Shown: positions 24,750 through 36,971 of the stretch, piece after piece | How the letters are laid out: every line of letters begins with the position of its first letter | Numbering within the stretch: the stretch's first letter is position 1 | Assembly (NCBI GenBank): GCA_030390025.1 | Contig: CM059438.1 | Coordinates: forward strand, 52,888,001-52,952,000 | Source of the DNA: Squalus acanthias | Taxonomy: Eukaryota | Direction: 5' to 3' | Length of the DNA stretch: 64,000 bases | Notes under the pieces: model-generated | Database searches by the model: none | What the model saw: the letters and a program-made list of their open reading frames with translations, nothing else | What the model was told of the DNA's origin: nothing | Position numbers and translations under genes: made by a program

Positions 24750-25875
24750 CTATTAATTTCTATCTGTCCTATTAATTCATCTATTTTTTCGCGAATGCTT
24801 TGCACATTCAGATATAGTGACTTTAGCTTTGACTTTTTTCTATTTTTCCCTAATGTTACCTTAGTCACTGATGCCCTATTACCTTTGTTACTCTCTCTGT
24901 CCCTTCCTGACCCACTCTGCTTATTTTTACTCAAAACTCTACTCTGCTCTAGAGCCTTGACATTTCCCTTGCTGCTTTTATATTTACTCTTTCCTGAATC
25001 TACCGCCCCCCTTTCATTAGGTTAAAGCCCTGTCTACTGCCCTAGTTATTCGATTTGCCAGGACACTGGTTCCAGCCCGGTTTAAGTGGAGCATGTCCCA
25101 ACGGAACAGCTCCCTCTTTCCCCAGTACTGGTGCCAGTGCCCCATGAAGCAAAACCCCTGCCTCCCACACCACTCTTTCAGCCACGCATTTAACCTTCTA
25201 ATCTGTTTGTCCCTATGCTAATTGGCGCATGGTTCAGGTAACAATCCAGAGATTATTACCTTTGAGGTTCGTTGTTTTAATTTGGACCCCAACTTCTCAA
25301 ACTCTCTCAGCAGAACCACATTCCTAATTCTGCCTATGTCGTTGGTTCCTACGTGGGCCACGACAACTGGATCCTCCCCTTCCCCCTCCAAGTTCTTCTC
25401 CAGCCACGAGGTGATGTCTTTAACCCTGGCAACACAACCTTCGGAACTCCCGGTCACAGCTGCATAGAACAGTATCTATCCCTCTGACTATACTGTCCCC
25501 TACCACAACTACATTCCCTTTCACTCCCCCCACTTGAATGGCCTCCTGCACCATAGTGCCATGGTCAGCTTGCTCATCCATCCTGCAGGCTTTTCCCTCA
25601 TCCACACAGGCAGCAAGAACCTCATACCTGTTGGATAAGGACAAATGCCGAGGCTCCTCCAGCACTGCACCTGGGGTCCCCTTACCTGCCTGAGTTGCAG
25701 TCACACCCTCCTGTACCTGACCACTAACCAGACCTGTACCACTACCTAACCTAAGGGGTTTGACTACCTCCTGGATCAAAGTGTCCTGGTAACTCCCCCC
25801 ATCCCTGATGCCCTGCAATGTCTGCACCTCAGACTTCAGCTCAAAACTGATCTGAAATTCCTCAAGGTGCAGGCA

Positions 25876-26776
25876 CTTCTTCTCCTTCTTCTTAGGCAGT
25901 CCCTCAGAACCGAGGATGACTTGCTTCCACTCTAAAAATGAGTTCTCAGGTGACTGATGAGTCCAATGCGGGACCTACAATCTCTGTCACAGGTGGGGCA
26001 GACGGTGGTTGAATGGGCGGGTGGGTGGGGTGCTTGTGTTGATGTGTGCTCCTTCCGCTGTTTGCACTTGGCTTCCACTTGCACCCAGCGAAGAGACTCG
26101 AGGTGTTTGGCGCCTTCCCGAATGCTTCTCCTCCACTTTGTGTGGTCTTGGGCCAGGGATTCCCAGGTGTCGGTGGGGATGTAGCACTTTTTCAAGGAGG
26201 CTTTGAGGGTGTCCTTGAAGCGTTTCCTCTGCCCACCTGGGGCTCTCTTGCCGTGTCGGAGCTCCGAGTAGAGCGCTTGTTTTGGGAGTCTCGTATCGGG
26301 CATGCGGACGATGTGGCCCGTCCATCGGAGCTGATCAAGCGTGGTCAAAGCTTCGATGCTGGGGATGTTGGCCTGAGCGAGAACACTGATGTTGGTGTGC
26401 CTATCCTGCCAATGGATTTGCAGGATCTTGCGGAGGCAGTGTTGGTGGTACCTCTCCAGTGCTTTGAGGTGCCTGCTGTACATGGTCCACCTGGGAATCC
26501 CTGGCTCAAGACCGCACAAAGTGGAGGAGAAGCATCTGGGAAGGCGCCAAACACCTCGAGTCTCTTCGCCGGGAGCAAGTGGAAGCCAAGCGCAAACAGC
26601 GCAAGGAGCGCACGTCAACCCAAGCACCCCACCCACCCGCCCCTTCAACCACCATCTGCCCCACCTGTAACAGAGACTGTAGGTCCCGCATTGGACTCAT
26701 CAGTCACCTGAGAACTCATTTTTAGTGTGGAAGAAAGTCATCCTCGGTTCTGAGGGACTGCCTAAGAAGAAGAAGA
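25876..26776. mobile_element. Two RTE-clade LINE 3' ends in inverted orientation
   Basis: ORF 25932-26648 has LRWTGHIVRMPDTRLPKQALY..GKRAPGGQRKRFKD and a terminal C2H2-like motif. (AAG)n tails point outward at both ends. Junction at about 26489. Confidence 0.82.
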
Positions 26777-27008
26777 TATGAAAGCATGGATGCTACAATG
26801 AGAGGTGGACGTACATTGTCTGTTGAAGTGACCTTGAAGACTAGCTGAAGCCCATGACAGACTTGTTAGTTAAGATGATGCTCGCATGTTTGGAGGTGTT
26901 TCCCTTTCAGCGTCCCTGACACTCAAATGCTGAAAGAGAATGAGATTGATTGGCAAGATGAGTCAAGGCAGTATGTGTGGTAGCTGTGAAATTGCAGCTT
27001 AGACTTAC

Positions 27009-27230
27009 CTTTGTTACTCTTGTGAGGTTCTTGAACCTCTTCCAGCACTGTGTGGCAGTCCTTGTGGTGGTAGAGATCACACTGACTGCCTCTGCCACCT
27101 CTCTCCACACAGCCTGAACTGTCCTCTTATAGGGCTTCCTGCTCTCAATACCCAAATGTTGTGCTCTTCTCGACCTCACTTCTGCCAAAAGAACCTCCAC
27201 TGATGCATCCGAGTATCTGGAAGCCTTTCC
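27009..27230 (-). pseudogene. Remnant Harbinger Myb/SANT exon 1
   Basis: RYSDASVEVLLAEV..VWREVAEAVS..RTATQCWKRFKNLTRVTK followed by a GTAAGT donor. Confidence 0.75.
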
Positions 27231-27906
27231 TGCTGCTGACAACCCTAAGGCTGCTGTTGCTTCAGACTTGCTTGCAGAAAAGTGAAAGTCCCCTTTAACT
27301 GGCTGCAACCTTTTAAAGGCTGCACCAGAAATCAAGTTCCTTCCTTCCCTCCCAGCAATGGTAATTCAATCAGGATCTTGCATGTTATTACAACTCTGCT
27401 GCAAGCAAATGAGGGCTCGGGGAGGAATATGCAGCAGGTTAGTGGCAGAATCACTTGCGCAGGCAGTATTTCTGCTCCGCTGCTAGCCCAACAATGGGAG
27501 GAGAATTCAGACCAGTGTCCTTAAGCTGCTACAGGCCTTTACAGCTGCAGCTGTACTCACATTTTCCCCATATAATAGATGTTCACCCTGTAGAGGACCA
27601 CAATGCCTGCCAGCAGCATGCTCCAAAAGCACCTGCAAAACACCTGAACTCAGAAATACAGACAATTTCAGGTGTGTCCCAGTGGTGTGCATTTCAAATA
27701 CACTCTATTTCAATAGTGTCTGGGTTAAGGGGGGATGGTGACGAGAAGAAACTTGATGATGAAGTAAGTGGGAGTTGGTATAGAGCTACAAAATAAACAT
27801 TTCACTCTGTGATATTAATGGTTAGGATTCTTTCCAGTGGCAGTGTTCCAGAGGAGTGGGACTTTCATCATCCATGATTCGCACCACTAAGAAGGATTCA
27901 GTTATT

Positions 27907-28373
27907 ACAAAAGTAAAATACTGTGGATGCTGGAAATCTGAAATAAAAAACAGAAAATGCAGGAAATACTCAGCAGGTCAGGCAGCAACTGTGGAGAGAG
28001 AAACAGAGTTAACGTTTCAGGTCAATGACCTTTCATCAGAACTGGAAAAAGTTAGAGATGTAACAGGTTTTAAGCAAGTACAGAGGCAGGGAAAGGGGGG
28101 AGGGGGGAAAGAACAAAAGGGAAGGTCTGTGATAGGGTGGAGGGCAGGAGAGATTAAATGACAAAAGGGATGATGGTGCAAGGCAAAAGGAGATGGTAAT
28201 GGGACATGTAAAGAAACAAAAGATGGGTCTAGAGGAGGTGTAAATGGGAATGGCAGAATTATTACCAACAGCTGCTGTCCGAAAAAATGGAAGCAGAGAT
28301 TATGATCTGAAATTGTTGAACTCAATGCTGAGTTCAGAAGACTGTAAAGTGCCTAATCAAAAGATGAGGTGCT
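27907..28373 (-). mobile_element. Penelope-like element 3' end / pseudo-LTR
   Basis: Reverse complement of 35445-35878, which abuts GIY-YIG coding sequence. Contains a hammerhead motif. Confidence 0.75.
28007..28043 (-). ncRNA. Minimal type-I hammerhead ribozyme motif
   Basis: The minus strand reads AGTT CTGATGA A AGGTC ATT GACCT GAAA CGTT AACT. Stem I is AGTT/AACT, the core is CUGAUGA..GAAA, stem II is AGGTC/GACCT and stem III is the palindrome ACGT. Confidence 0.7.
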
Positions 28374-29195
28374 CAAATAATCATAGAAATTTATGGCACA
28401 GAAGGAGGCCATTCGGCCCATCGTGTCTGTGCCGGCCAAAAAAGAGCTATCATAATTTTAGATACCTCAATTAAATCTCTCCTCCGCCTTCTCTGTTCCG
28501 AAGAAAACAGCCTATCCAATCTTTCCTCATAGCTAAAATTCTCCAGTCCTGGCGACATCCTTGTAAATCTCCTTTCTAGTGCAATCACATCTTTCCTGTG
28601 ATGTGGTGACCTCTACTGCAATCACATCTTTCCTGTAATGTGGTGACCAGAACTGTGCGCAGTACTCTAGCTGTGGCCTAACCAGCGTTTTATATAATTC
28701 AAGCATAACCTCCCTGCTCTTATATTCTATGCCTCGGCTAATAAAGGAAAGTATCCCATATGCCTTCTTAACCACCTGTCCTGCTAACTTCAGGGATCTG
28801 TGGACATGCACTTCAAGGTCCCTCTGTTCCTCTACACTTCTCAGTGTCCTACCATTTATTGTGTATTCCCTTGCCTTGTTCGCCCTCTTCAAATGCATTA
28901 CCTCACACTTCTCTTGAATCCATTCACCACTTTTCTGCCCACCTGACCAGTCTACAGCTTTCTTCTCACTATCAATCATGGTCAATTTTTGTATCATCTG
29001 CAAACTTCTTAATAATGCTCACTACATTGAAGTCTAAATCATTGATATACCACAAAAAACAAGGGACGTAGTACTGAGCCCTGCAGAACCTCACTGGAAA
29101 CAGCCTTCCAGTCACAAAAACACCTATCGACCATTACCCTTTGCTTTCTGCCACTGAGCCAAGTTTGGATCCAACTTGCCACTTTCCCTTGGATT

Positions 29196-29825
29196 CGGCA
29201 GTGGCGAGAGGATAAAGAGCGGCCCGAGAGCGGACCTGAATTAAAGCAGCGGCAGCGGTGAGCGAATAAAGAGCGGCCCTTGGACGGAGCTGAATTAAAG
29301 CAGCAGCAGCGGCGAGAGGATAAAGAGCAGCCCGAGAGTGGACCTGAATTAAAGCAGCAGCGAGAGGATAAAGAGCGGACCGAGAGTGGAGCTGAATTAA
29401 AGCAGCGGCAGCGGCGAGAGGATAAAGAGCGGCCCGAGGGCGTACCTGAATTAAGCAGCGGCAGCGGCGAGAGGATAAAGAGCGGCCCGAGAGTGGAGCT
29501 GAATTAAAGCAGTGGCAGCGGCGAGAGGATAAAGAGCGGCCCGAGAGTGGACCTGAATTAAAGCAGCGGTGAGAGGATAAAGAGCGGCCCGAGAGCGGAC
29601 CTGAATTAAAGAAGCGGCAGCAGCGAGAGGACAAAGAGCGGCCCGAGAGCGGACCTGAATTAAGCAGCGGCAGCGGTGAGAGGATAAAGAGCGGCCCGAG
29701 AGTGGAGCTGAATTAAAGCAGCGGTGAGAGGATAAAGAGCGGCCCGAGAGTGGACCTGAATTAAAGCAGCGGCGAGAGGATAAAGAGCGGCCCGAGAGCG
29801 GACCTGAATTAAAGCAGCGGCAGCG
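29196..29825 (+). repeat. Minisatellite, about 12 units of about 48-54 bp
   Basis: Unit approximately GCGGCAGCGGCGAGAGGATAAAGAGCGGCCCGAGAG(C/T)GGA(C/G)CTGAATTAAAGCA. Confidence 0.93.
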
Positions 29826-30228
29826 CAGGGCTCCGATTCAAAAGCAACGTCAAAGAGTGATGTCACAGGAGAGCAGGTAAGTGATTGGTTGGTGAGTATT
29901 ACAGCTTTTTTTTGCTCCCTAAGTTAGGGAAGGGGGTTAAATTAAGAGCTGAGAAACTAACTTGCTAGTACTTACTAAATTAATAACATAAACTAAATAA
30001 AATAATCAAACAATAAACCTAAAATATCGATTGAATAAAATCTTTAACTAATTAATTAATAAATAAAATACGGTTAGAGATGGCAGGGCAGGTGGTGTGT
30101 CATAACTGCAGTATGTAGGAGTCTGTGGAGAACATCGCGATCCCGAGCAACCACATCTGCAGTAAGTGTCTGCAGTTCGATGAACTTCAGCTCAGAATTG
30201 TTGAGCTGGAGTACGAGCTGCAGACATT

Positions 30229-30972
30229 GGCCCAAAAATTAGTGTCTCTACGCGAGAGTACGCACTGTGTACTCTCGCGTATTCTGTCTCCAATTGCCGG
30301 TTTTCTGCATGCACTGCGCATGCGCTGAAAACCGGCACTTGGTGATTTCAAAAGGGGGCGGTTCCTAGGTGAACCGCGTGCGCGCTATGGGCTGCGCGCA
30401 TGCAGTGCACTTAGTGCTTTGAACGCGCAGGTAAGCATGGAAGATTTTGCACATAAAGAAAGGAGGCGTAAGACCCTCTTTTAACAAGGTAAGTAGTTAA
30501 TTAAGTATTATTTTGAATTTTTTTCAACAGGTATATCTTTTTTAGAGACTTTAAAGAAAGGTAAGTTTATTTTTATAACTTTTAAAAAGATTTTAAATTT
30601 TTTCAAAAATTTAATTTTTCGTTTAAAGTGGTTAATTTATTTAACTATACTTATTTTATTAATGTGATGGTTTTTTTTTTAAATTTAATTGAGGTTTAGC
30701 TGTTCTTTTGAGGGGGTATAGATTCATAGCTTTCACAGCACTTGTTGTGAAAACTATGAATGAAAGATGGTGTGCTGCCATTGGCTCTAACTGAATCACG
30801 TGATCCCACAGCTCGCACGAATTAACTGCGCCTGTGGGATACAGAAGCACTGCACAGCTGCTGTCTAGAAAATCAAGTTCGTGCGAGCTCGGAATGAAAA
30901 GGCAGGCGCGCAGTGAGATATCGCGGGGAAGCCTTACCCCCGCACGAAGGCTCCGTCATTAATTTCTGGGCC
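30229..30972. mobile_element. Harbinger-type MITE inserted in CR1 ORF1
   Basis: TIRs GGCCCAAAAATTAGTG / CATTAATTTCTGGGCC (14/16 match) with TSD ATT. AT-rich core. Confidence 0.88.
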
Positions 30973-33900
30973 ATTGCATTGCATCAGGGAGGGGGAGAGT
31001 TACCTGGACACTTTGTTCCAGGAGGCAGTCACACCCTTTAGGGTAAGTAGTACTTTAGAGTTCGTCAGTGGTCAGGCACAGGAGGGCGTGACTGTGAGTC
31101 AGGAAGGTATGGGGACCCAGGATGTAGTGACGGAGGAGCCTCAGCCTTTGCCCATGTCCAACAGGTACGAGGTACTTTCTACCTGTATGGATGAGGAAAA
31201 GGACTGCAGGGAGGATGGGCAAACTGACCATGGCACTGTGGTACAGGGGGCCATCCAAGTGGGGAGAGAAGGAAGGTATGTGGTAGTAGTAGGGGACAGT
31301 ATAGTCAGGGGGATAGATACTGCTCTCTGCAGCCGCGAAAGAGAGTCCCGAAGGCTGTGTTGCCTGCCCGAATGAGGTTCTGCTGAGGGTGTTTGAGGAG
31401 CTAGGGTCTAAATTAATAAGCAGAACCACAAGGGTAATAATCTCTGGATTACTACCTGAGCCACGCACAAATTGGCATAGGGTCAAGCAGATCAGAGAGT
31501 TAAATGTGTGGCTCAAAGAGTGGTGTGGGAAAAAGGGGTTTCAATTCATGATGCAAATTGAATAACTAGAGCTGTAGATAGGGCTTTAAACTAAAAAAGG
31601 GGGGAAGAGGGGTCAGGTGACGAGAAATTTAGAAATCTAAAGAGAAAGGTCAAGGCAATAGAGCAGTGTAGCGATTTGGGTAAAAATAAGTAGAGTGTGA
31701 CAGGAAGGGACAGAACGTTTATTGGTAGCAGTGCAGCAGAGAATAAGGTCAAAGCAGGGAATAATGGTAATAAAATTAAATTAAAGGCTCTTTATCTGAA
31801 TGCGCGAAGCATTCGTAACAAGATAGATGAACTAGTAGCACATATAGAGATAAATGGGTTTGATCTAATAGCCATTATAGGGACATGGTTGCAAGGTGGC
31901 CAAGATTGGGAACTAAATGTTCGAGGGTACTTGACGTTTCGAAAAGACAGGCAGAATGGAAAAGGAGGGGGAGTAGCCCTGATAATAAAGGAAGACATAA
32001 GGACAGTAGCGAGAAAGGATCTCGGCTCGGAAGGTCAGGAAGTAGTATCAGTATGGGTGGAGATAAGGAATAACAAGCGGCAGAAAACACTGGTAAGAGT
32101 AGTTTATAGGCCCCCTAACAGTAGCTATACCGTTGGACAGAATATTAATCAAGAAGTGTATGAGCTTGCAACAAAGGTAATGCAATAATCTTGGGGGACT
32201 TTAATCTTCATATAGACTGAACAAATCAAATTAGCAAAGGTAGTATGGAGGACGAGTTCATGAATGCATTCGGGACAGTTTCCTAGAACAATATGTCATG
32301 GAAGCAGCCAGGGAACAGGCTATTTTAGATCTTGTACTGTGTAATGAGACAGGGTTAATTAGCAATCTCATAGTAAAGGATCTTCTGGGGCAGAATGATC
32401 ATAATATGATAAAATTTCACGTTAATTTTGAGAGTGACTTGCCTGAGGCCGAAACTAGAGTCTTAAACTTAAATAAAGCCAATTAGGTATGAGGGGCGAG
32501 TTGGCTAAGGTAGATTGGAAAAATAGATTAAAAGGTATGGCGGTAGATAAGCAGTGGCTAGCATTTAAAGAAATGTTTCATAATTCTCAACAAAAATACA
32601 TTCCATTGAGAAACAAAAACTCCATGAGAAAAGTGATCCAACAGTGGCTAACTAAAGAAGTTAAGGATAGCATTAGATTGAAAGAAGAAGCTTATAATGT
32701 AACAAAGAATAATAGTAAACCTGAGGATTGGGAGAGTTTCAGAAACCAGCAAAGGTTGACCAAGAAATTGATAAAAAGGGAAAAAATAGAATGAGAAAAA
32801 ACTAGCAAGAAATATAAAAGCAGATTGTAAGAGTTTCTACAAGTAGGTAAAAAGAAAAAGAGTAGCAAAAGTAAACATTGGTCCCTTAGAGGCTGAGACA
32901 GGAGAAATTATTATGGGGAATAAGGAAATGGCAAAAACGTTAAACAAATATTTTGTATCTGTCTTCACAGTAGAAGACACAAAAAGCATACCAAAAATGG
33001 TGGGGAACCAAGGGTCTAATGAGGGTGAGGAACTTAATGTAATTAATATAAGTAAAGAAAAAGTACTAAAGAAACTAATGGGACTAAAAGCTGACAAATC
33101 CCCTGGACCTGACGGCCTACATCCTAGGGTTCTAAAAGAGGTGGCTGAAGAGATAGTGGATGCATTGGTTCTGATCTTTCAAAATTCCCTAGATTCTAGA
33201 ATGGTCCCAGCGGATTGGAAGGTCGCAAATGTAACACCGCTATTCAAGAAAGGAGGGAGAGAAAAACCGGAACTACAGGCCAGTTAGCCTGACATCAGTC
33301 GTCGGGAAAATGCTGGAATCCATTGTTAAGGAAGTGGTATCAAGTCACTTAGAAAATCATAACATGATTAGGCAGAGTCAACATGGTTTTATGAAAGGGA
33401 AATCGTGTTTGACAAATTTATTAGAGTTCTTTGAGGATGTAACGAGCAGGGTAGATAAAGGGGAACCAGTAGATGTAGTGTATTTAGATTTCCAAAAGGC
33501 ATTTGATAAGGTGCCACATAAAAGGTTATTACACAAGATTAGGGCTCATGGGGTTGGGGGTAATATAGTAGCATGGATAGAGGATTGGTTAACGGACAAA
33601 AAACAGAGAGTAGGGATAAACTGATCTTTTTCAGGTTGTCAGGCTGTAACTAGTGGGGTGCTGCAAGGATCAGTGTTGGGGCCTCAGCTATTTTCAATCT
33701 ATATTAATGACTTAGATGGAGGGACCGAGTGTAATGTATCCATGTTTGCTGATGATACAAAGCTAGGTGAGACAGTAAGCTGCGAGGAGAACACCAAAGA
33801 GTTTGCAAAGGGATATAGATAGACTAAGTGAGTGGGCAGTAAGGTGGCAGATGGAGTATAAGTAAGGAAATGTGAGGTTATTCACTTTGGTAGGAAGAAT

Positions 33901-35227
33901 AGAAAAACAGAATATTTTTTAAATGGTGAGAAACTTTCAAATGTTGGTGTCCAGAGAGATTTGGGTGTCCTCGTGCAAGAAACACAGAAAGTTAGCATGC
34001 AGGTACAGCAAGCAATAAGGAAGGCAAATGGCATGTTGGCCTTTATTGCAAGGGGGTTGGAGTACAAGAGTAAGGAAGTCTTGCTACAATTGTACAGGGC
34101 CTTGGTGAGACCACACCTGGAGTACTGTGCACAGTTTTGGTCTCCTTATCTAAGGAAGGATATACTTGCCTTGGAGGCGGTGCAACGAAGGTTCACTGGA
34201 TTGATTTCTGGCATGAGAGGGCTGTGCTATGATGAGAGATTGTGTGGAATGGGCCTATACTCTCTGGAGTTTAGAGGAATGAGAGGTGATCTCATTAAAA
34301 CATACAAGATTCTGAAGGGGATTGACAGGGTAGATGCTGAGAGGTTGTTTCCCCTGGCTGGAGTGTCTAGAATAGGGGGCAGAGTCTCAGGATAAGGGTT
34401 ACCCCATTTAAGACTGAGATGAGGAGGAATTTCTTCACTCAGAGGGTTGCGAATCTTTGGAATTCTCTGCCCCAGAGGGCTGTGAATGCTGAGTCTTTGA
34501 GTATATTCAAGGCTGAGATTGATAGATTTTTGGACACTAGGGGATTCAAGGGATATGGAGATCGGGTGGGAAAGTGGAGTTGAGGTCAATGATCAGCCAT
34601 GATCTTATTGAATGGCGGAGCAGGCTCGAGGGGCCGTATGGCCTACTCCTGCTCTTATTTCTTATGTTTACTTTTCTGACCAGTCTGCCATGTGGGACCT
34701 TGTCAAAAGCCTTGCTAAAATCCGTGTAGACTACATCAAACGCGCCACTCTCATCAACCCTCCTTGTTACCTCCTCAAAAAATTCAGTCAAGTTAGTCAG
34801 ACACAACCTTCCCGTAACAAATCCATGCTGACTGGCCTTCATTAATCTGTGCCTTTCAAAGTGACGATTAATACTGTTCTTTAGAATTTTTTCCAATAAT
34901 TTGCCCACCACCGAGGTTAGACTGACTGGCCTGTAATTACTTGGTCTATCCCTTTCTCCCTTTTTAAACAACGGTACAATGTTAGCAGTCCTCCAGTCCT
35001 CTGGCACCACACCTGTAGCCAGAGAGGATTGGAAAATGATGGTCAGAACCTCCGCTGTTTTCTCCCTTGCTTCTGTTAACAGCCTGGGATACATTTCATC
35101 CAGGCCTGGCGATTTTTCTACTTTCAAAGATGCTAAACCGCTTAATATTTCCTCTCTCATTATGTTTATCTCATCTAATATTTCACACTCCTCCTTAATT
35201 ACAATGTCTGCATCGTTCCTCTCTTCT

Positions 35228-35878
35228 GTGCTGTTTCTCGAGTTTCATTGGAACATAGGAGGCCACGGACAGAGGTCAGAGTGGGAGTGGGGCGGAGAAT
35301 TAAAATGACAGGTGACCAGAAGCTTGGGGTCAAGCAAGTGTTCCTCAAGGCAGTCACCCAATCTGCGTTTGGTCTCCCCAGTGGAGAGGAGACTGCATCA
35401 TGAGGAGCGAATACAGTATACTAAATTGAAAGAAGTACAAGTATAGCACCTCATTATTCGATGAGGCACTTTACAGCCTTCTGAACTCAACACTGAGTTC
35501 AACAAGTTTAGATCATAATCTCTGCCCCCATTTATTCGGACAGCAGCTGTTGGTAATGATTCTGCCATTCCCATTTACACCTCCTCTAGACCCATCTTTT
35601 GTTTCTTTACTTGTCCCATTACTATTTCCTTTTGTCTTGCACCATCATCCCTTTTGTCATTTAACCACTCCTACCTTCCACCCTATCACAGACCTTCCCT
35701 TTTGTTCTTTCCTTCCCTTCCCCCTTTCCCTGCCTCTGTACTTGCTTAAAACCTGTTACATCTCTAACTTTTTCCAGTTCTGTTGAAAGGTCATCGAACT
35801 GAAACTTTAACTCTGTTTCTCTCTACACAGATGCTGCCTGACATGCTGAGTATTTCCAGCATTTTCTGCTTTTATTTC
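35228..35878. mobile_element. Penelope-like element fragment with 5' inversion
   Basis: 35228-35443 (-) translates as a degenerate GIY-YIG segment (TCTSFNLVYCIR..GETKRRLGD..EH). 35445-35878 (+) gives the C-terminus (TLQPSELNTEF), the 3' UTR and a degenerate hammerhead at 35776-35812. Confidence 0.78.
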
Positions 35879-36971
35879 AGGATTTCATTATTGCCCGGCT
35901 ATGAATTCCCAGTCCAGCTCCAGAAGAGAACTGGACAGTTAAAGGGATAGAAACACCCCAAAAATGGAAAGATCTGCTGCCTAGTAAGCTACAACAAAGA
36001 TTGTGGCATACGCAAGGTAAATGGGGGCTGGAATGGAGGAAGATGGGGCTGTTAGAAGGCTCTTCCGCTCCACTGGGGGAAGTCAGGGTCAATGCTGCTG
36101 CTTCTCAGGGCTTACTACCACCTTCCCTATGGTGAGCCCTGGGAAGTGACAGTTATTGGATGGACGGAACGCTATTCTGCTAGGCCCTGTCCATCCCCCA
36201 CCATTTGCATGCGGCATGGGGAAGGAGCGACCAGTGATAGTCCCAGGAGGGCAGGGAAGGAAAATCCCACAGATGGTGAGGCAACGGTCGGCCTCATCAC
36301 CTGAACTTTAGGTTATTCACCACCATGATCCCAACCAGTTTGGAGCCAGATCATGCAGAAGAATCCAGGCCAACCTTTCTTAGTAAATTGTGTCTCGACT
36401 GTGGGGAAACTCGGGAGAAGAGTGCAAGAATTCAAAAGTAGCAATTGTTAAGATACCCAACTGCAGACCATGGTGCGTATGATGACATGTACATGCAATG
36501 TTCGGTTGCATTAGAAAGGAGAATTCTTTTGGGCTGAATACATGAAAGGATGTGAGTAAAGGAATACTTCTAGGTGAAGGCTGGGGGTGCACAGTGTACC
36601 CTACATTATATTAATGAAAGGTAATGGTGGGCTGTCTTACCTTGACATTCCTGGTAAGGTCCCTGAGATTTTTTACTGAGCAGCTTCCAAGCATGGAGCT
36701 GTAAATATGGCATTCATGCTGGAGGCAACCTCCTCCTATTCACCCTGTGTTGCTGCTCTTGGGAGCCCACATTGTTGAGTGAATCAGGGAACCCCATCCC
36801 CTCTGTCTCACTTTTTCGAGAAGAATCTCTACTGCCCCATCAAAGATGCAGGCCTCTGTGTGGCCTACTTGACTCCTTCCAGAAATTTTTGATACAAAAG
36901 CTTGCCTGTTTTACCCAGCTGATAATTTGTGGTTGCCTGCCCCTTTAAATCATGCGATTTTCCACCACCCT

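Larger units (their letters stand above)
17746..25875 (-). mobile_element. Fragmented CR1 LINE (17746-18176, 19052-19445, 23564-25875) hosting MITE, Harbinger and Penelope inserts
   Basis: 3' tail at 17746. ORF2 C-terminal fragments, EN fragment 23955-24329 and ORF1 esterase fragments 25218-25827. The RT core is missing between 19445 and 23564. Confidence 0.8.
29196..34668 (+). mobile_element. Full-length-type CR1 LINE with tandem-repeat 5' UTR, both ORFs broken
   Basis: ORF1 ATG at 30080 (MAGQVVC..CSKC, GDS). EN/RT fragments at 31697-34395. 3' tail ends ATTTCTTATGTT. Confidence 0.9.
28379..35227 (-). mobile_element. 5'-truncated CR1 LINE (parts 28379-29195 and 34669-35227) split by a plus-strand CR1
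   Basis: RT fragments at 28533-29003 and 34669-35160. The sequence is roughly continuous across the insertion. Confidence 0.82.

Noticed and set aside
28580..28650. Short duplication inside the CR1 RT C-terminal region
   Set aside because: A post-insertion slippage lesion in a dead element.
29196..29825. CRISPR-like array, or the repetitive ORFs 29134-29634 and 29280-29507
   Set aside because: The units are contiguous with no unique spacers and no cas genes. The ORFs are by-products of the minisatellite.
36641..36662. Possible 22-nt minus-strand exon before GTAAGA
   Set aside because: The acceptor lacks a pyrimidine tract, so it is too weak to report.
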